Shown here piece after piece: positions 27,365 to 39,771 of a DNA stretch of 64,000 nt. The notes under the pieces are model-generated. The model did not search any database and was not told the origin of the DNA. It saw nothing but the letters and a program-made list of their open reading frames with translations. Source of the stretch: Psilocybe cubensis (Eukaryota); NCBI GenBank assembly GCA_017499595.2, contig CM038999.1, positions 2,418,001 to 2,482,000 on the forward strand, given 5' to 3'. The position numbers and the translations under genes were made by a program. Position 1 is the stretch's first letter; every line of letters starts with the position of its first letter.

Positions 27365-29001
27365 TCACCACTTGACCGCCAGCCCGACCACCTCGCTCTC
27401 CACTCCCCGGTACTCTGTCCGCAACTCCAGTCCCTCTATTACCTCCACCTCCCCCTCCCCCTCCCCATCCCGCCAATACGCCGCCTCTACCCGCCTCGTC
27501 CACTCCTTCCCCGGCCCCTTGAGCTGCCCGCCCCCGTTGACGCATCCCCCCGGGCACGCCATCACCTCTACATAGTCGTACTTTTTCTCCACCTCCCCCG
27601 TCCTCCGCCGCACCCCCCCCAGCCGCCCCGCCGCCCCGGTCCCCGTCCGCACGCCCTGCTCCTTCCCCACCTTGCGCACAATGTTCTGCAGATTCCGGAA
27701 GCCATAGCATGTGGCCCCCCTAAACACAACTCGCTCCCCGTCTCTGATCGTATACTCCTCGTAATCCGCATTCCGCATCGTCTTCACCTCCACCGTCCCC
27801 CCCGCCACTTGCCGCAGCACACTCCCCATGATCCAGTGCAGGTATGACCCAGATGATGTGCCCTTGTGCCTCACCAGCTCTGGTAGGCCATCCACCATCC
27901 TTCCCCCATCCAGCTCTCCCGGCACAGCCACACTCATGTCCCACCCCTTTTCCCTCAGCATCACCTCCAGTTCCCCCGTCGTAATCACACAGTCCACATC
28001 CCGCGTCCGGTACTCTTCCGAGTAAAAGTCGGTCCGCGACGCCTCTAGCTTCTTGTCGTAGCACGGCATTACTGTCACATGGTACACTCCGTCCCGTCTG
28101 TATACTTTCAGCACATCAATTCACAATCATAATCAACAATCTCACCTTTTACCCCATTTCTCCGCCATCCATCCTTTTACCAGTGTCCCCATCACCTGCT
28201 GTGGGCTTTTCGTTCGTGCAATGTACGCCAGCATCTCGTGGTGCGTCTTTTCCGCATAGCAGATCCACCCAGGGCATGCACTCGCCAGCATCGGCAACTG
28301 TCCCTCTTCCCCTCCATCCGCCGCCTCTTTGCGCTCTTCAAACTCTTTCACATGCTCCCGAAGTGCCAGCTCCCTCCCATAGTTCGTATCAAACACATAT
28401 GCAAACCCGAGCGAGTGCAGGAACGGTCTCAGTCGCCGCAACACTTGCCGTGGTGTGATATCGTCTCCCAGAGATGCTGCCAGTGACGCCAGCGACTGTG
28501 GTGCAATCGACACTACCGCAATCTTTTTATCCTCCGCCACCTCGTTCGCCGCTAGTACCTCTAGCACCTCTGTGTGCGATTGCATCGTAATCAACACAGA
28601 CTCGGCAGACGTGATGCACCCACTATGTATATACGTTAATTATCTTTTATTACTGTACTTTACTTTAATTGGATACCTGCATGCCAGACAGTCGTTCAAG
28701 CTGATTTGCGCCTGCTCTAGTTTCTTGTTCTTGCTCTTCTCTCCAGCCGTTACTTCATAGTACCCCCCGTTCGAGTCGATTGAAATCTCCGTCTGCCCAT
28801 CTATTAGTCAAATCTCACTGTAATTTTCAAAACCCACCAATGCTGCTCCTACGTCCCGCTCTTCCTTCTTTTGCTCCACGGGCTTGATGCATGCCTGTCC
28901 TGGCGTGATAAAGTCGTTGAGGTCTGTAAGTGTCTATCCATCCGTCAGCACCTCCTCTGCGTGGCTCCCAGCCTGCTCACCAATGCACCAGAAAATGCCA
29001 T
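27365..29001 (-). CDS. NAR1: Cytosolic Fe-S assembly factor Nar1 (Fe-hydrogenase-like)
   Basis: MAFSGAL, DLNDFITPGQACIKP, SLNDCLAC, MLASACPGWICYAEK, VMPCYDKKLEASR, YVEVMACPGGCVNGGGQ, terminal Trp. Confidence 0.95.
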
Positions 29002-29131
29002 CCTGAATGTCAAAAGCAAAACCTAGTCGGCTTACATATAAAGCTTATTCAGGCACCCCATTGATTAGATAAGATGATCAATCATTTGGTATAAAGAGTG
29101 TGTGCTAGGGGTATATATAGATAATAAAATA

Positions 29132-30456
29132 CTACACGCAGAATAGCGATCCCACCAAACCAGCCGCAAGTGTAAGCACCAGCGTACTGTACCCGTACCC
29201 AAGTGTCTTGGGTGCCTGGCTCTTTACAGTCGCCCCCGTAAGCGTCGATGGCGAACTGCTGCCCCATAGTCGGATATTGCGAAAGTAGGTGTGCGTAGTC
29301 ACAGGCGTCGCCCAGCTCGTGTCAGATCCTAGAATAGATTGGTTAAAGATATCTCCCCGTATCCCTGGCAAAAAATCACACACCTCCAAAGAATGTTCTA
29401 CACGCAAGCAGGTAAACACGAGTTCACACACAAGGCACAGGAAAACTCACGAAAAGTAAAATCCATTCGCAACGACACTGTCCGCCGCCCTAATTTGCAA
29501 ATTCTGCTGAGACACCGCAAGCAAATCGTTGAAACTACACCGGGCTTGGTAAACACCGATATGATCAACAGTGATTGATCGCTTACTAGAGTGCCATGTA
29601 TCCGTTTGCGACATCAGGCGGGTTGTTGAGCTGCACTAGCAACGTAACTCTTGTCCATCTTTCGAGTAATATATGAGCGCTTATCCAAGGCGAGAAAAAC
29701 AAAAGAACCACCTACTTTCCACTAACAAAACCAAAGTTGTCCCTCTGAATAGACACACCGAAATCCGAGTTACAAATGATAGACTTGTCCGAGCAAAGAT
29801 TGTTGGGCGTAGGAATGTATGCGTACACTAGAAACACAATCAGCATGGGAGCACATATACAAAAAAATAAAATACCCACCCTCGCCCGCCCCATTCTTCC
29901 TCCACATCAGCCGTGCGGAGAAACAGTCCACACCCGTCGCCTTGTTTCCACCACTACATCCCGTCGAGTTCAAGCCTCCACGCAGACCAGGCAGCTTCCC
30001 GCCTTTAACCCAATCAAAATTGGACTCGAACGCGATCTCATACGACACCATCATCGAGTTGAAGCTCGATCCGTCCGTCGTGTTCCACAGCGAGTAAAAC
30101 TGCGCTCCACCAGTATCATGCGAGAAACTTCCCTCGGGATAAGAAACGCGCAGCACCGGCGCACCGCTGTTGCTTGCCTGTGGGGTAGATCCAGGCACCT
30201 GCGAGTTCGGGAAGGGGTCTGCGACAAAGGCGAGATTATCGGGTCCATCCTGAATGCGGCCTCTGTTCAAGGACCATTTAGAGACGAGCAGATCTTCTGT
30301 TTCGTTCGATGTCTGAGTGGCGGTGGGGAAGGGGAGTGCGGTGCTCGTTGTTAGACTGTACTGGGTCGCGACGGCCTCTGGGGCAGCGGAGGTGGCGGCA
30401 AGGGCGAGATTGCACAAGGCGGGGTACAAAACGAAAAGATAGTAGTGGGAATACAT
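29132..30456 (-). CDS. Polysaccharide lyase family 14 protein, secreted with C-terminal hydrophobic (GPI-like) tail
   Basis: Signal peptide. YPEGS, GGAQFY, FDWVKGGKLPGLRGG, CSGG...CFSARLMWR. Ser/Thr spacer followed by LVLTLAAGLVGSLFCV*. Confidence 0.85.
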
Positions 30457-30676
30457 GGAAGAATAGGGGAAAAAAAATGAAACAAATCGCAAGAGTGACT
30501 GTCCAGCGTCAGTAATGAAAGTAGGAAGGCACCGCTGATCTTTTTTTATCCCATTACATGAGCTTTGTACGTATTTATGACCGCCCTGATCTCGTTACGG
30601 CACACAGAAGCCGCCTGTCTGTCTGCGACGACCACTACCTCCTCCCCAATGCCCTGCTCATAATCCATAGTTCACA

Positions 30677-32855
30677 ATGTTCAAACAGTCTACTCGTCCA
30701 GAAGAGTCAGAGTCTCGTCAGCCCCTTCTCGATGACCCCGCACCCCACACCCTATTCACGGCAGGAGACGACTCGGACGATGACCTGGAAGGCACTAGCG
30801 CCCTCATCACCCCAAAAACCGCCAGAGGGTCCCACAACGTCTCCTTCAAAGAAGAGGTCCAGCTCATTCCACCCCCGCTCCGTTCAACAACTTCTAGCCG
30901 CGAAATACGCACGTCTTTCCGTTTGCATCTATACCACACACGCTCATCCACTAATTTTCTCTATTCCAGAATTCGAGCAGGACTCTGACGAACTCGACGA
31001 CGACTCCGTGACCGAGCTGAACCGCTCTCGAATCGGCCCAAATGGCGTCCACGACCGCCGCATGCCGCTGCTCGTCGGCCTCTTCGACTCATCCGCCTCT
31101 CGGCGCAGTCTAGACGCATCCCTCCCTCTCCACAGCGCCAACGCGAACGGCATCGTCACCATTGGCGAAGACACCGTCGACCTCGACGAGCTAGCCGCTA
31201 AACGCACCGCAGGTGGCGGACTCATCGACTCTGTAGCGAACATGGCCAACTCTATTCTCGGTGCAGGTACGTTTCTCGGCCTTGGCTTCCGTCACTAGTC
31301 TGTGTGCTCACCGTGAACAGGTATCATCGGTAAGTTTGCCCACCATCTGCCTTGCATACTGCCGCCTTAATAGAGCCCTCGAGGCCAGGTTTACCCTACG
31401 CCATTCGCCAAGCTGGCTTCTTTGCCGGTCTCACGCTGCTCATCGCCCTTTCTGTGGTCACAGACTGGACAATTCGCCTCATCGTCATCAACGCCAAACT
31501 CAGTGGTGGGCACTCCTACATCGATATCATGTCCCATTGTTTTGGCTCCAGCGGACGAGCCGCTGTATCTTTCTTCCAGTTTGCCTTTGCCTTTGGAGGC
31601 AAGTCCCTTTCAAGTGCTGCCAACTCACTAAACTCACTAACCCTTCCTCCAGGCATGTGCGCATTCGGTATTATCATCGGCGATACCATCCCGCAGGTGC
31701 TACGCTTTGTCTTCCCAACGCTCCAAACGATACCCGTCCTCAAATTATTTGCCAACCGACAATTCATCATTGCATTTTGTACCATATGTTTCTCATATCC
31801 GTTATCGCTTTATCGAGACATCCACAAGTTAGCACGCGCGTCTGGCCTGGCGCTGGTGGGCATGCTCATCATTGTCTGCTCGGTCTTCATAGAAGGCCCT
31901 CATGTCCCACAGGAGCTGAAGGGCAGCCAGGAGGGCAAATTCTCCATCATTGAGCCGGGCATATTCCAAGCTATTGGTGTCATCAGCTTTGCTTTCGGTA
32001 TGTTCGAGGTCACACCCCTTTTCTCCCACAGAAACACGCTAATCCGGTTTTAGTCTGCCATCATAATTCTCTTTTAATCTATGGAAGCCTACGCACACCC
32101 ACATTAGATAGATTCGCCAAAGTCACGCATATCTCGACCTTCATCTCACTCGTTTCCTGCTTGATGCTCGCCGTCTCTGCATATGTCGTTTTTACGGACA
32201 AAACTCAGGGTAACATTCTGAACAACTTTCCATCAGTATGTGTGCACACTGTTGCTTCTCGTAGTCTTTTGTCTGACACATCGCAGGACGACACGTTGAT
32301 CAACATTGCGAGATTTTCTTTCGGGTTGAACATGTTTACGACGCTTCCGTTAGAGTTATTTGTCTGTAGAGAGGTGCTTACAATTTCTCTCCTCTCGGTT
32401 TCCCATATTAACAAGCCCAACATTCAGGTCATAGAACAATTCTTCTTCTCACACGAAATCTTCAGCCCACAACGGCACCTATTTTTTACCACTACTATAT
32501 TATTTGCATCTATGTTTGGTAAGGACCAGGTTTTTGTCCCCGTATCCTCACCGCCTTCTGATGACCATTTCGTTTTCACCCCTCGGTCTATTTCATCTAC
32601 TCAGTCGCTCTGATAACCTGCGATCTCGGTGTCATGCTCGAAATCACCGGCGGGGTCTCTGCAACGACACTCGCGTTCATTTTCCCCGCCGCATGTTACA
32701 TCAAGCTCGTGGATAAAAGGCTGCCTTGGCATAGTCGGACAAAACTGCCTGCCGTCCTATGTGTCCTGTTCGGAATTGTCGTCATGGCCATTTCGCTCTT
32801 CCTTGCGCTAGCTAAATCATGGACTCCAGAAGGATCGGCAAAGATTTGCGTATAA
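30677..32855 (+). CDS. AAAP-family amino-acid transporter (Avt2/SLC38A11-like)
   Basis: SVANMANSILGAG, GLPYAIRQAG, YPLSLYRDIHKLA, FQAIGVISFAF, TQGNILNNF, FTTLPLELFVCRE. Confidence 0.9.
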
Positions 32856-33064
32856 CCTAATACCCAGTCTCCATGACACTCAAAAACTGTCACAACACAA
32901 AACGAGAGCCGAGAGCTGATAGATATTGAAGGATATACCGCCAATGTGCGTATTGTTTGTTGTGTATATTAATCTACTTAGTCTAGATCAAAAAACGGAC
33001 CATATTTCTACATAGGATGGCGATGTAATTAGTAATTTATTTGGATGATATGTGTCTGCACAGA

Positions 33065-35043
33065 TCAAGCAGAGTCCAGTATGCCTGCGAGTCCCGGAAT
33101 GTCGTCGACAGATTCGAGGCGGATACCTTTGGCAAGGCTCTCTTTGGACGATAGTGGAGACACGCTGAGCTCGGTGTACGTGCTCCATACGTGCTCGACC
33201 AGTTCAAGAGGGGTTTGCACGGGCTTGCTGGTTTCGACGTCGCACACCAAGAGCCAGACAGCGTCATATCCTCCAGCTAATTTTCAAAAAAGGAAAAGTC
33301 CAGAGTCACTAAAGGTGATACATGTTAACGGGCAGATTTAGGGGGCATACCGCCAGGTACTCCTCCTCCGATGACACCTGCGAGGGCCACACAAGTATCG
33401 AGTAATTTGGTCTGCTCCTTGGGTTCAATAGGAACGTCGGAGAGAGCTCCCATCCGTCTCATTTGTGCGCGGATTTCCTACACAATACAAGAAAATTAAC
33501 TACCCACAAGTTACTAGATGTGCAAAAAATAATTTCCTACCTCTGACAGACGGCGAACTTCAGAGAAAGTGCTGACAACCAGCTGCTCCTCCTTAGGCAG
33601 GGAGGGATTGGCATCCCACTGAGAATTTGTGAATTTAATCATCTTTATCGATACCACGTATTACCCACCTGTACGGCCTGGAGAGAGGAGATGTATTTTA
33701 CTGCGCTCTTGTAACTTTCAGGGTCAGTATCATGGAGAGTCGAAAGTTCGAGGAGAGTCCTGGAAAGTGACTGGTTCAGCTGGTCGAGGTGGTTCCATAG
33801 CGCGTCCGCTGTACGAATTTTTAAATTTAAATTTATCAAGTCCAAAATTATACTTGAAACCAGCAAAACAAACGTTACCTTCGATTTGGTGCTCTTTGCG
33901 CCACTTCAGGACCTTTCCGACGAGAGATGGAGTATCACTGCCAGCATCCACGTCAGCGAGCATAATCCGGGTATAAGGGGGCAGTTTGAAGTTTCCAATG
34001 CGATAGTTCCACGCCTGATTGGAGGGCGACAGAACAGGGTACAATTTCGGCTATGTTTTGAGAAAGGGAAAACATCAACCTCGGTCAGTGACGTCACTGA
34101 TTGAGCAAAAAAGAGCAATAGAAGAGAGAAGAAGGCAGAGAAATGATATATTCGAAACGTGAAGTAGGCACACACCAAGTTGTCGCCCATCAAGCCTTGG
34201 ATCACACCTGGGTCAAAACGCGTATATAGATGGCTCCCAAATACGGCTGCAGAGACATCGAAGCCGCTGCCGACTTTACCCTGCGCGAAACAGTGAACAA
34301 ATTGTGCGAGATTGTGCGCGAGACGACGACCTTCTCCGACGTCATCGGAAAGGGACTCTTCAGTGATCACAGTGAGATGTACGAGGAGTGCAGAGGTGAG
34401 TGATGTGATCAACGCGGCGGAAGAACCCAATCCTGTCTTGTGCACATCAGAGAGATTGACCCCGGTTGGGCAGAACGGTGGGATGCTCGACAGAGACTCG
34501 ATCGTGCGGGGAAGGCCTAATTCCTCAAGCTAGAAGCACATCAGCATGGCAAATCAAAATCTAAATTGCGAGAATGCATGCACCTTTGCACGTTGAGAAT
34601 AGAAGTCATTGCCACCGACAATAGTAATATCCAATCCTTTAGATAGGATTTCTTGAACAAGAGCTGAACCTTTGACTTCAGCGGCAAGAGCAATGGAGTG
34701 TTGCAACGCGAGGTGAACAAATTTGTTCTTGCTCGAGCTAATCCGTGTAGAACGATCAACGAGAGGTCGAAATCAAACGAATCGGAAACTGGACTGACTT
34801 TTCAGCCGCCGCCTCGACTTTTACAGAAGGTTCTAAAGCTGCGTCATAGGACCATGTCGCGTTACGGAACTGGGGCGATCGAACGCGCAGGGTGGATGGT
34901 TTGAGAGCAGAGTTGTCGCGTATGGCAGTATAGAACCTGGAGGAGGTTGAAACGACGACACCAGAAAAGGCTGGGTCGAGCACAAGATAACCCCCAGCGA
35001 TTAGGACCTTTCCAGGAGCTGAAATAATAGTTGTGCGGACCAT
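33065..35043 (-). CDS. ERG8: Phosphomevalonate kinase
   Basis: SAPGKVLIAGGYLVLD, KTGLGSSAAL, HCFAQGKVGSGFDVSAAVFGS, VIGGGVPG. Confidence 0.95.
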
Positions 35044-35309
35044 GGTGAAAGTAGATGGATGAAGTGTATTCAAAACATGGCTCTTTATATCTAGTCAAGT
35101 AGTCCGAGTTGGATTTCTTACTCTGTGTTCTTCCCATCCTTTTTGCTGACTCAGCCGTTCGTTCTAGTATGTACCTGTCCGCGGGCGTACTTGCAACTTT
35201 ACCAACGTAATCTCACTTAAATCTCTATTCAAGCTTTCAATTTCATGCCTGCCCAACTCGATAATTTCGCTATTTGAGGGCATCATCGATTCTATAAATA
35301 TACACAATC

Positions 35310-36750
35310 TTATCTCCCGCTTCGCTTGAACCAAGCTTTTTGCTGACCGCATGTTGCGTTAGTACATCCTGGACATCGAAGTCCCAGTTGAATACTTGTG
35401 GGTCCCTTCCCCGAGGCACAGTCTCGGAGATGCTGTGTTGCAATGTCGGCGAGAGCGCGAATGAATACAGGCGAATCATTCAATGATTCTGCTCGGTGGA
35501 CTTCGATACCATGCTGAATATATTTCATTAGTTGATAAAGCATGGGCGTGCAAAAAGAAAACTTGCCTCTTTGGCCTCCTTGGCGTATTCTAGGTCAAGT
35601 TCATACAGCGTCTCGATATGGTCGCTCGTAAACGCAATTGGGACAAGCACCACTTGCTTCTTTCCCAGCCGCGCAAGCCCCTTCAAAGCCTCACCGGTTT
35701 GCATACCCATCCATGCTGATGGTCCAACTTGTGATTGCCACACCAGCCGGTAAGGATTTGAGTGGCCCAACCTTTCCATCACCGCTGCGACGGACGCGGA
35801 GACTTCTAACACGTAGGGATCTCCGCGGTTGACGACAGACATAGGCAAAGAGTGTGCGGAAAACAGCAATACAGTTTCGGCACGCTTGTTCTCTGGAAAT
35901 TTAGCCAGTGCAGCCTCAATATTCTGCGCAACAGCCTTGAGTAGTCGGAAATGATTCGTCAAACGAATAAAGGTTGCTAAAGAACGATGGGAATACCTCA
36001 ATGAAACCTGGATGAGTACCCCATCGGTCTATGACACTCCATTCGATACTATCCAGGCCAGTCTCTTTGCGCTTGCGATACAGCTCGTTGAGACTGCTTC
36101 CGGTGGTGCTGCAGCTGTACTGTGGGTACTGCGTAAAAGCAATAGCTCTCTTCACGCCATCCTTTTTCATCTGATGAGCAGTCACCTCTGTCAGAGGACG
36201 CGCGTACCGGAAAGCAACATATGCCTTGTGCGGAGCCGTCTCCGGATGGAGCTCATCGAGAAGTTGAGCCATCCCGTCACCTTGCAACTGGGTATAATGA
36301 AGAATAGGAGAACCGCCTCCGATTTCGGCATATTGTTTCTCTATCTGAGGTGTGCGCCTTCGCGCAATCCACGGAGCAAGGAAGCGTTGGAAAGGAAGTG
36401 GGATGAGGTCGCCGTCCATGAAGAGGTTTTTGAGAAAGTCGTGGGTTTCCTCGACCTGAATTACCCCGAGTTGAATGCAAAATCCAAGCAGAGAACGGCA
36501 TGATGACGCGTCGACGTACAGTAGACGGACCCCCCATGTTAAGCATAACAATGGCTGGAGACATGGCACTGAATATGGCGATGGGTAGGACATAGGTGGT
36601 CAAATGGCTCACCTGTGGGACTGAGTGAACGTACGTGAGATATTGACAGAGACTGGATGGGTATCCCAATCACCTTTTCGCTGACGCGTGGGCTGTGGCA
36701 TAGGAACGGGTTATAGCTCTAGAAATAAGAGGAGAACGGAGAAGAGACAT
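35310..36750 (-). CDS. HEM15: Mitochondrial ferrochelatase
   Basis: Arg/Ser-rich presequence, [79 protein letters not shown]. Confidence 0.95.
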
Positions 36751-36880
36751 AATTGGGGGGAAAGTAGACGGAAGGAAAGGAAGGTAGTTAGAGACTGGAA
36801 AGAAATGATGAGCGAATAAATAACAGTCGCGATTCACGCCTAAGTTTACTGTCCAATTACATTGCACTTATTTACATTTC

Positions 36881-38857
36881 TCACGCTTTCCTTTGCCCTG
36901 CCCTCGCCCTTCCCACTTCTCCTCGGCGCACATACCACTGCAGCACAGGCAGTGAAATGCATGAAATTCCTATCCATACTGCCAATATTCCAAAGTTCAT
37001 CCCCACTGTTAACCAGTCAGCATACATCTTTTTCTATTCTACTAGTCACTTACGCTCGTTCTTGGTCCCAAACACAATGCTTCTCACACCTCGGGATATC
37101 TGGTAAAATGGCGCCGCGTGTCCGTAGTTATACAGTACCGGAAGCGCATCAATGGGCCACAAGCATACCGACACGTTTCCTGTGAATGCCTGTTTAGTCG
37201 GCTACACTCCAACCCACGCGGCGGACGAACCAATAATCCACAATATCAAGAACACCTGGATGTACTTGATCGTTAGTAGGGTCATCATAGACTCTAGGGC
37301 GAGACCTCTATAAAGATTATAAGTTGCGGACTGCGGGCTCTGTCATTTCCGCGGGTGAGACGCACGCTGCCGTCATCCCAAACCAGGATAACATCCAGAA
37401 CAACACAAACCCTGCCCGACCGAAACTAAGCATTTGAACTTGGATTAAACTCTTTCCATCAGTGTTATCCAACGACACTCACTGTCTGTCAAAGGGCAGC
37501 TTAAATGCCCTAGTCAGCACCGTGTATGCCAGCTTTGAATCTTGTCAACACACAGCCAAACGGCAAAGGCAAAAATTCAAGTGACATACAGAGAGCACGA
37601 AATATATCAGAATTGGCGACGCAATGCGTATACGGATCAATGATGCCGTGGTTAGCTTTCGTTCCATACCCGAGACCCCTCTTGCTAGTATTCCGGAATT
37701 CTGCAACAGGTGAGTCGTTTTCCTGCCATCAATACAGTGCAAGTGTTTCCTTACAACCACAATGAATGACAGGATCAGAAGATATATTAGGCCAATAAAT
37801 GTCACTGCAGTCGCTCTGTAAATGTTTGATATAAGATTCAAATGCCACTTTGAGTGGAAAATGACTTTACACTGGTACATCAAAGGGTCGTAAATTTTGT
37901 ACAGTGAAGTAAATTGGTCGAGTCAATATATTCGGTGAAACCGCCGCGATTGATGTATTGTTCTGAACGATGTCTCCCATTATTTTTACCGCGAACCCAT
38001 GCGTTATTTCGTCCAAAAGTGTGGTGACCTTTGATAAAGTCAGTCGGTCGATCTTACGCACTAAATTTCAGTTACTGACTGTAGGTCTTAGAAGTGTTCG
38101 GCTGTGAATCAAAACGCGTCAGAACAAACTTCAACATCATATACCATATCAATGGTAGGAAAGGACGTCGATTACAATGCATTTTCATTTCGCGCTTCTA
38201 GGGCATACGCAGAGATTGCATTCGAAGTTGGTGTCTCCGGGCCACCCCCATGCAGTGTGTCGTTTAAACTTTTCGTAGCTCCTGGGTTAACTGGTCCAGG
38301 AACAAATCAGTATGTTCTATTGATCATTTTGAATGACTCCAGTACTCAACTGGTAATGGCCACCCAACATTTTTCATCCAGTACAGCAGCGATCACGTCG
38401 TCCGGCCCATTCGGGAAATCAGAAGCCGGATAAATGCGCCAGTCGATAATATGACTGAACGCTGTGTTTGTGCTGAGGGCAAGGGTGACAAACTGACCAA
38501 CCTGGTCCCCGTCGAAGTCCTTCAATATTTTTTTTGTATCAACCAAATTTATGCGACTCTGATAACGAAACTTACCACTACCCACCCTCGTAGACTGCGC
38601 GCTGGAAGTTGCCATAGTGCACCCCAGTAGATCGAGAATATCCCGAATATAGCACCAACAATCAAGCAAGTCCTCTGAAAGAGTATGTTAATATATATCT
38701 TTCTAGCTTTGGCAATCTCTGGCCCTTGGTCCCAAAAGTGGTCCAAATACGATGGAACGACGACGGCGCTTGTAATGTGAGGAACAGGTGGCGCAAGTGA
38801 AGGTGGATGGTCTGCAACTGTGCTGGCAGCACTGTCATTCTTTTCAGCGGCGCTCAT
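36881..38857 (-). CDS. SNG1/DUF3533-like multi-pass membrane protein
   Basis: IFSIYWGALW...GWVV-DFDG, VLDEKCWVAI, AYALEARNENA, ILTRPIYFTVQNLRPFDVPV, YNYGHAAPFYQISRGVRSIVFGTKN. Stop TGA at 36881. Confidence 0.8.
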
Positions 38858-39771
38858 AATGGTCGATAGAGAGCAAAATCAAGTAGGCATTGCCTGCGCG
38901 TTGTTTTCCTTCCACCACGTACATTCCACACTCACGGTCCCCCTGATGCTTAACAACTTCTTTGACGTTGACGCGAACTCGGGCATGATGATGGATGGCC
39001 GAGGTGGCCAAATGCACAAGTAAGTCTACTGCTTATTAAACATGCTTTTTACTTAGTCTATGTCCTTCCTCTCTCCCGTGGAGTATCCATTGATTTTACC
39101 AGAATTTTGCAGCAGCTACTACAAGACAGGGAACCGGGGTACGAATTTCAGCACAGTGGACTGTCCAACGTCAGATTGGTATCACCTTACGAGTCTCAAG
39201 GATCCATCTCTACGTGGCTTTTGAACTCTGCTGTATTATCTGTTCCAAAGCATCAGTTATTCTAAATCAGATGCTTACAGTTAATCGATGTGCAGAACTT
39301 GGAAATCCATTTTATGCCTCTAGGGTTGGACTCAGAATTACGAAGTGGGAAGGGATATGTCATTAGATAAAACCTCTTTATCTCCAACATCAGATTCTTC
39401 ATGGAGAATACATCTGACCACCTATCTCCACTTGTCAATCTTTAACTTAACCGTTGAACAACCGAATTTCTTAATTGTGCCTAAATTTACGTGCAAAACC
39501 GAAGTTCACTAATGGGCGCTTGATTGCGTTTACAACTATGCCTGCAGTGGGTACGCGTCTATCAAGACCCACGACAATCATAGATGGGAACTATCAGATA
39601 TATATGTACATGCTAGGATATAAGGTAAGCAGGGTTGAATCTTGTGTCCGGCATACAATACAGTACAAAACAAAACATGCAATACATTGCAGAAACGCAA
39701 ACGAGTCCTCAGATTAGAGTGTGGGAGTAAAGGATGAAGATAAATAGTTTGTACAGCCATTAAGAAACAAA

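Noticed and set aside
27105..27847. Long Gly-rich (27105-27710, minus) and Pro-rich (27317-27847, plus) ORFs
   Set aside because: Shadow frames caused by the extreme G/C skew of the NAR1 last exon. The region is explained by NAR1 and the small spliced gene.
33040..33070. Cryptic PTS1 by stop-codon read-through at ERG8 and other stops
   Set aside because: None of the stops examined has the TGA-CTA context, and the extensions checked do not end in a PTS1.
13368..36750. Possible secondary-metabolite cluster (ligase, reductase, transporter, ERG8)
   Set aside because: There is no PKS, NRPS or terpene synthase backbone, and the genes are interspersed with core housekeeping genes.
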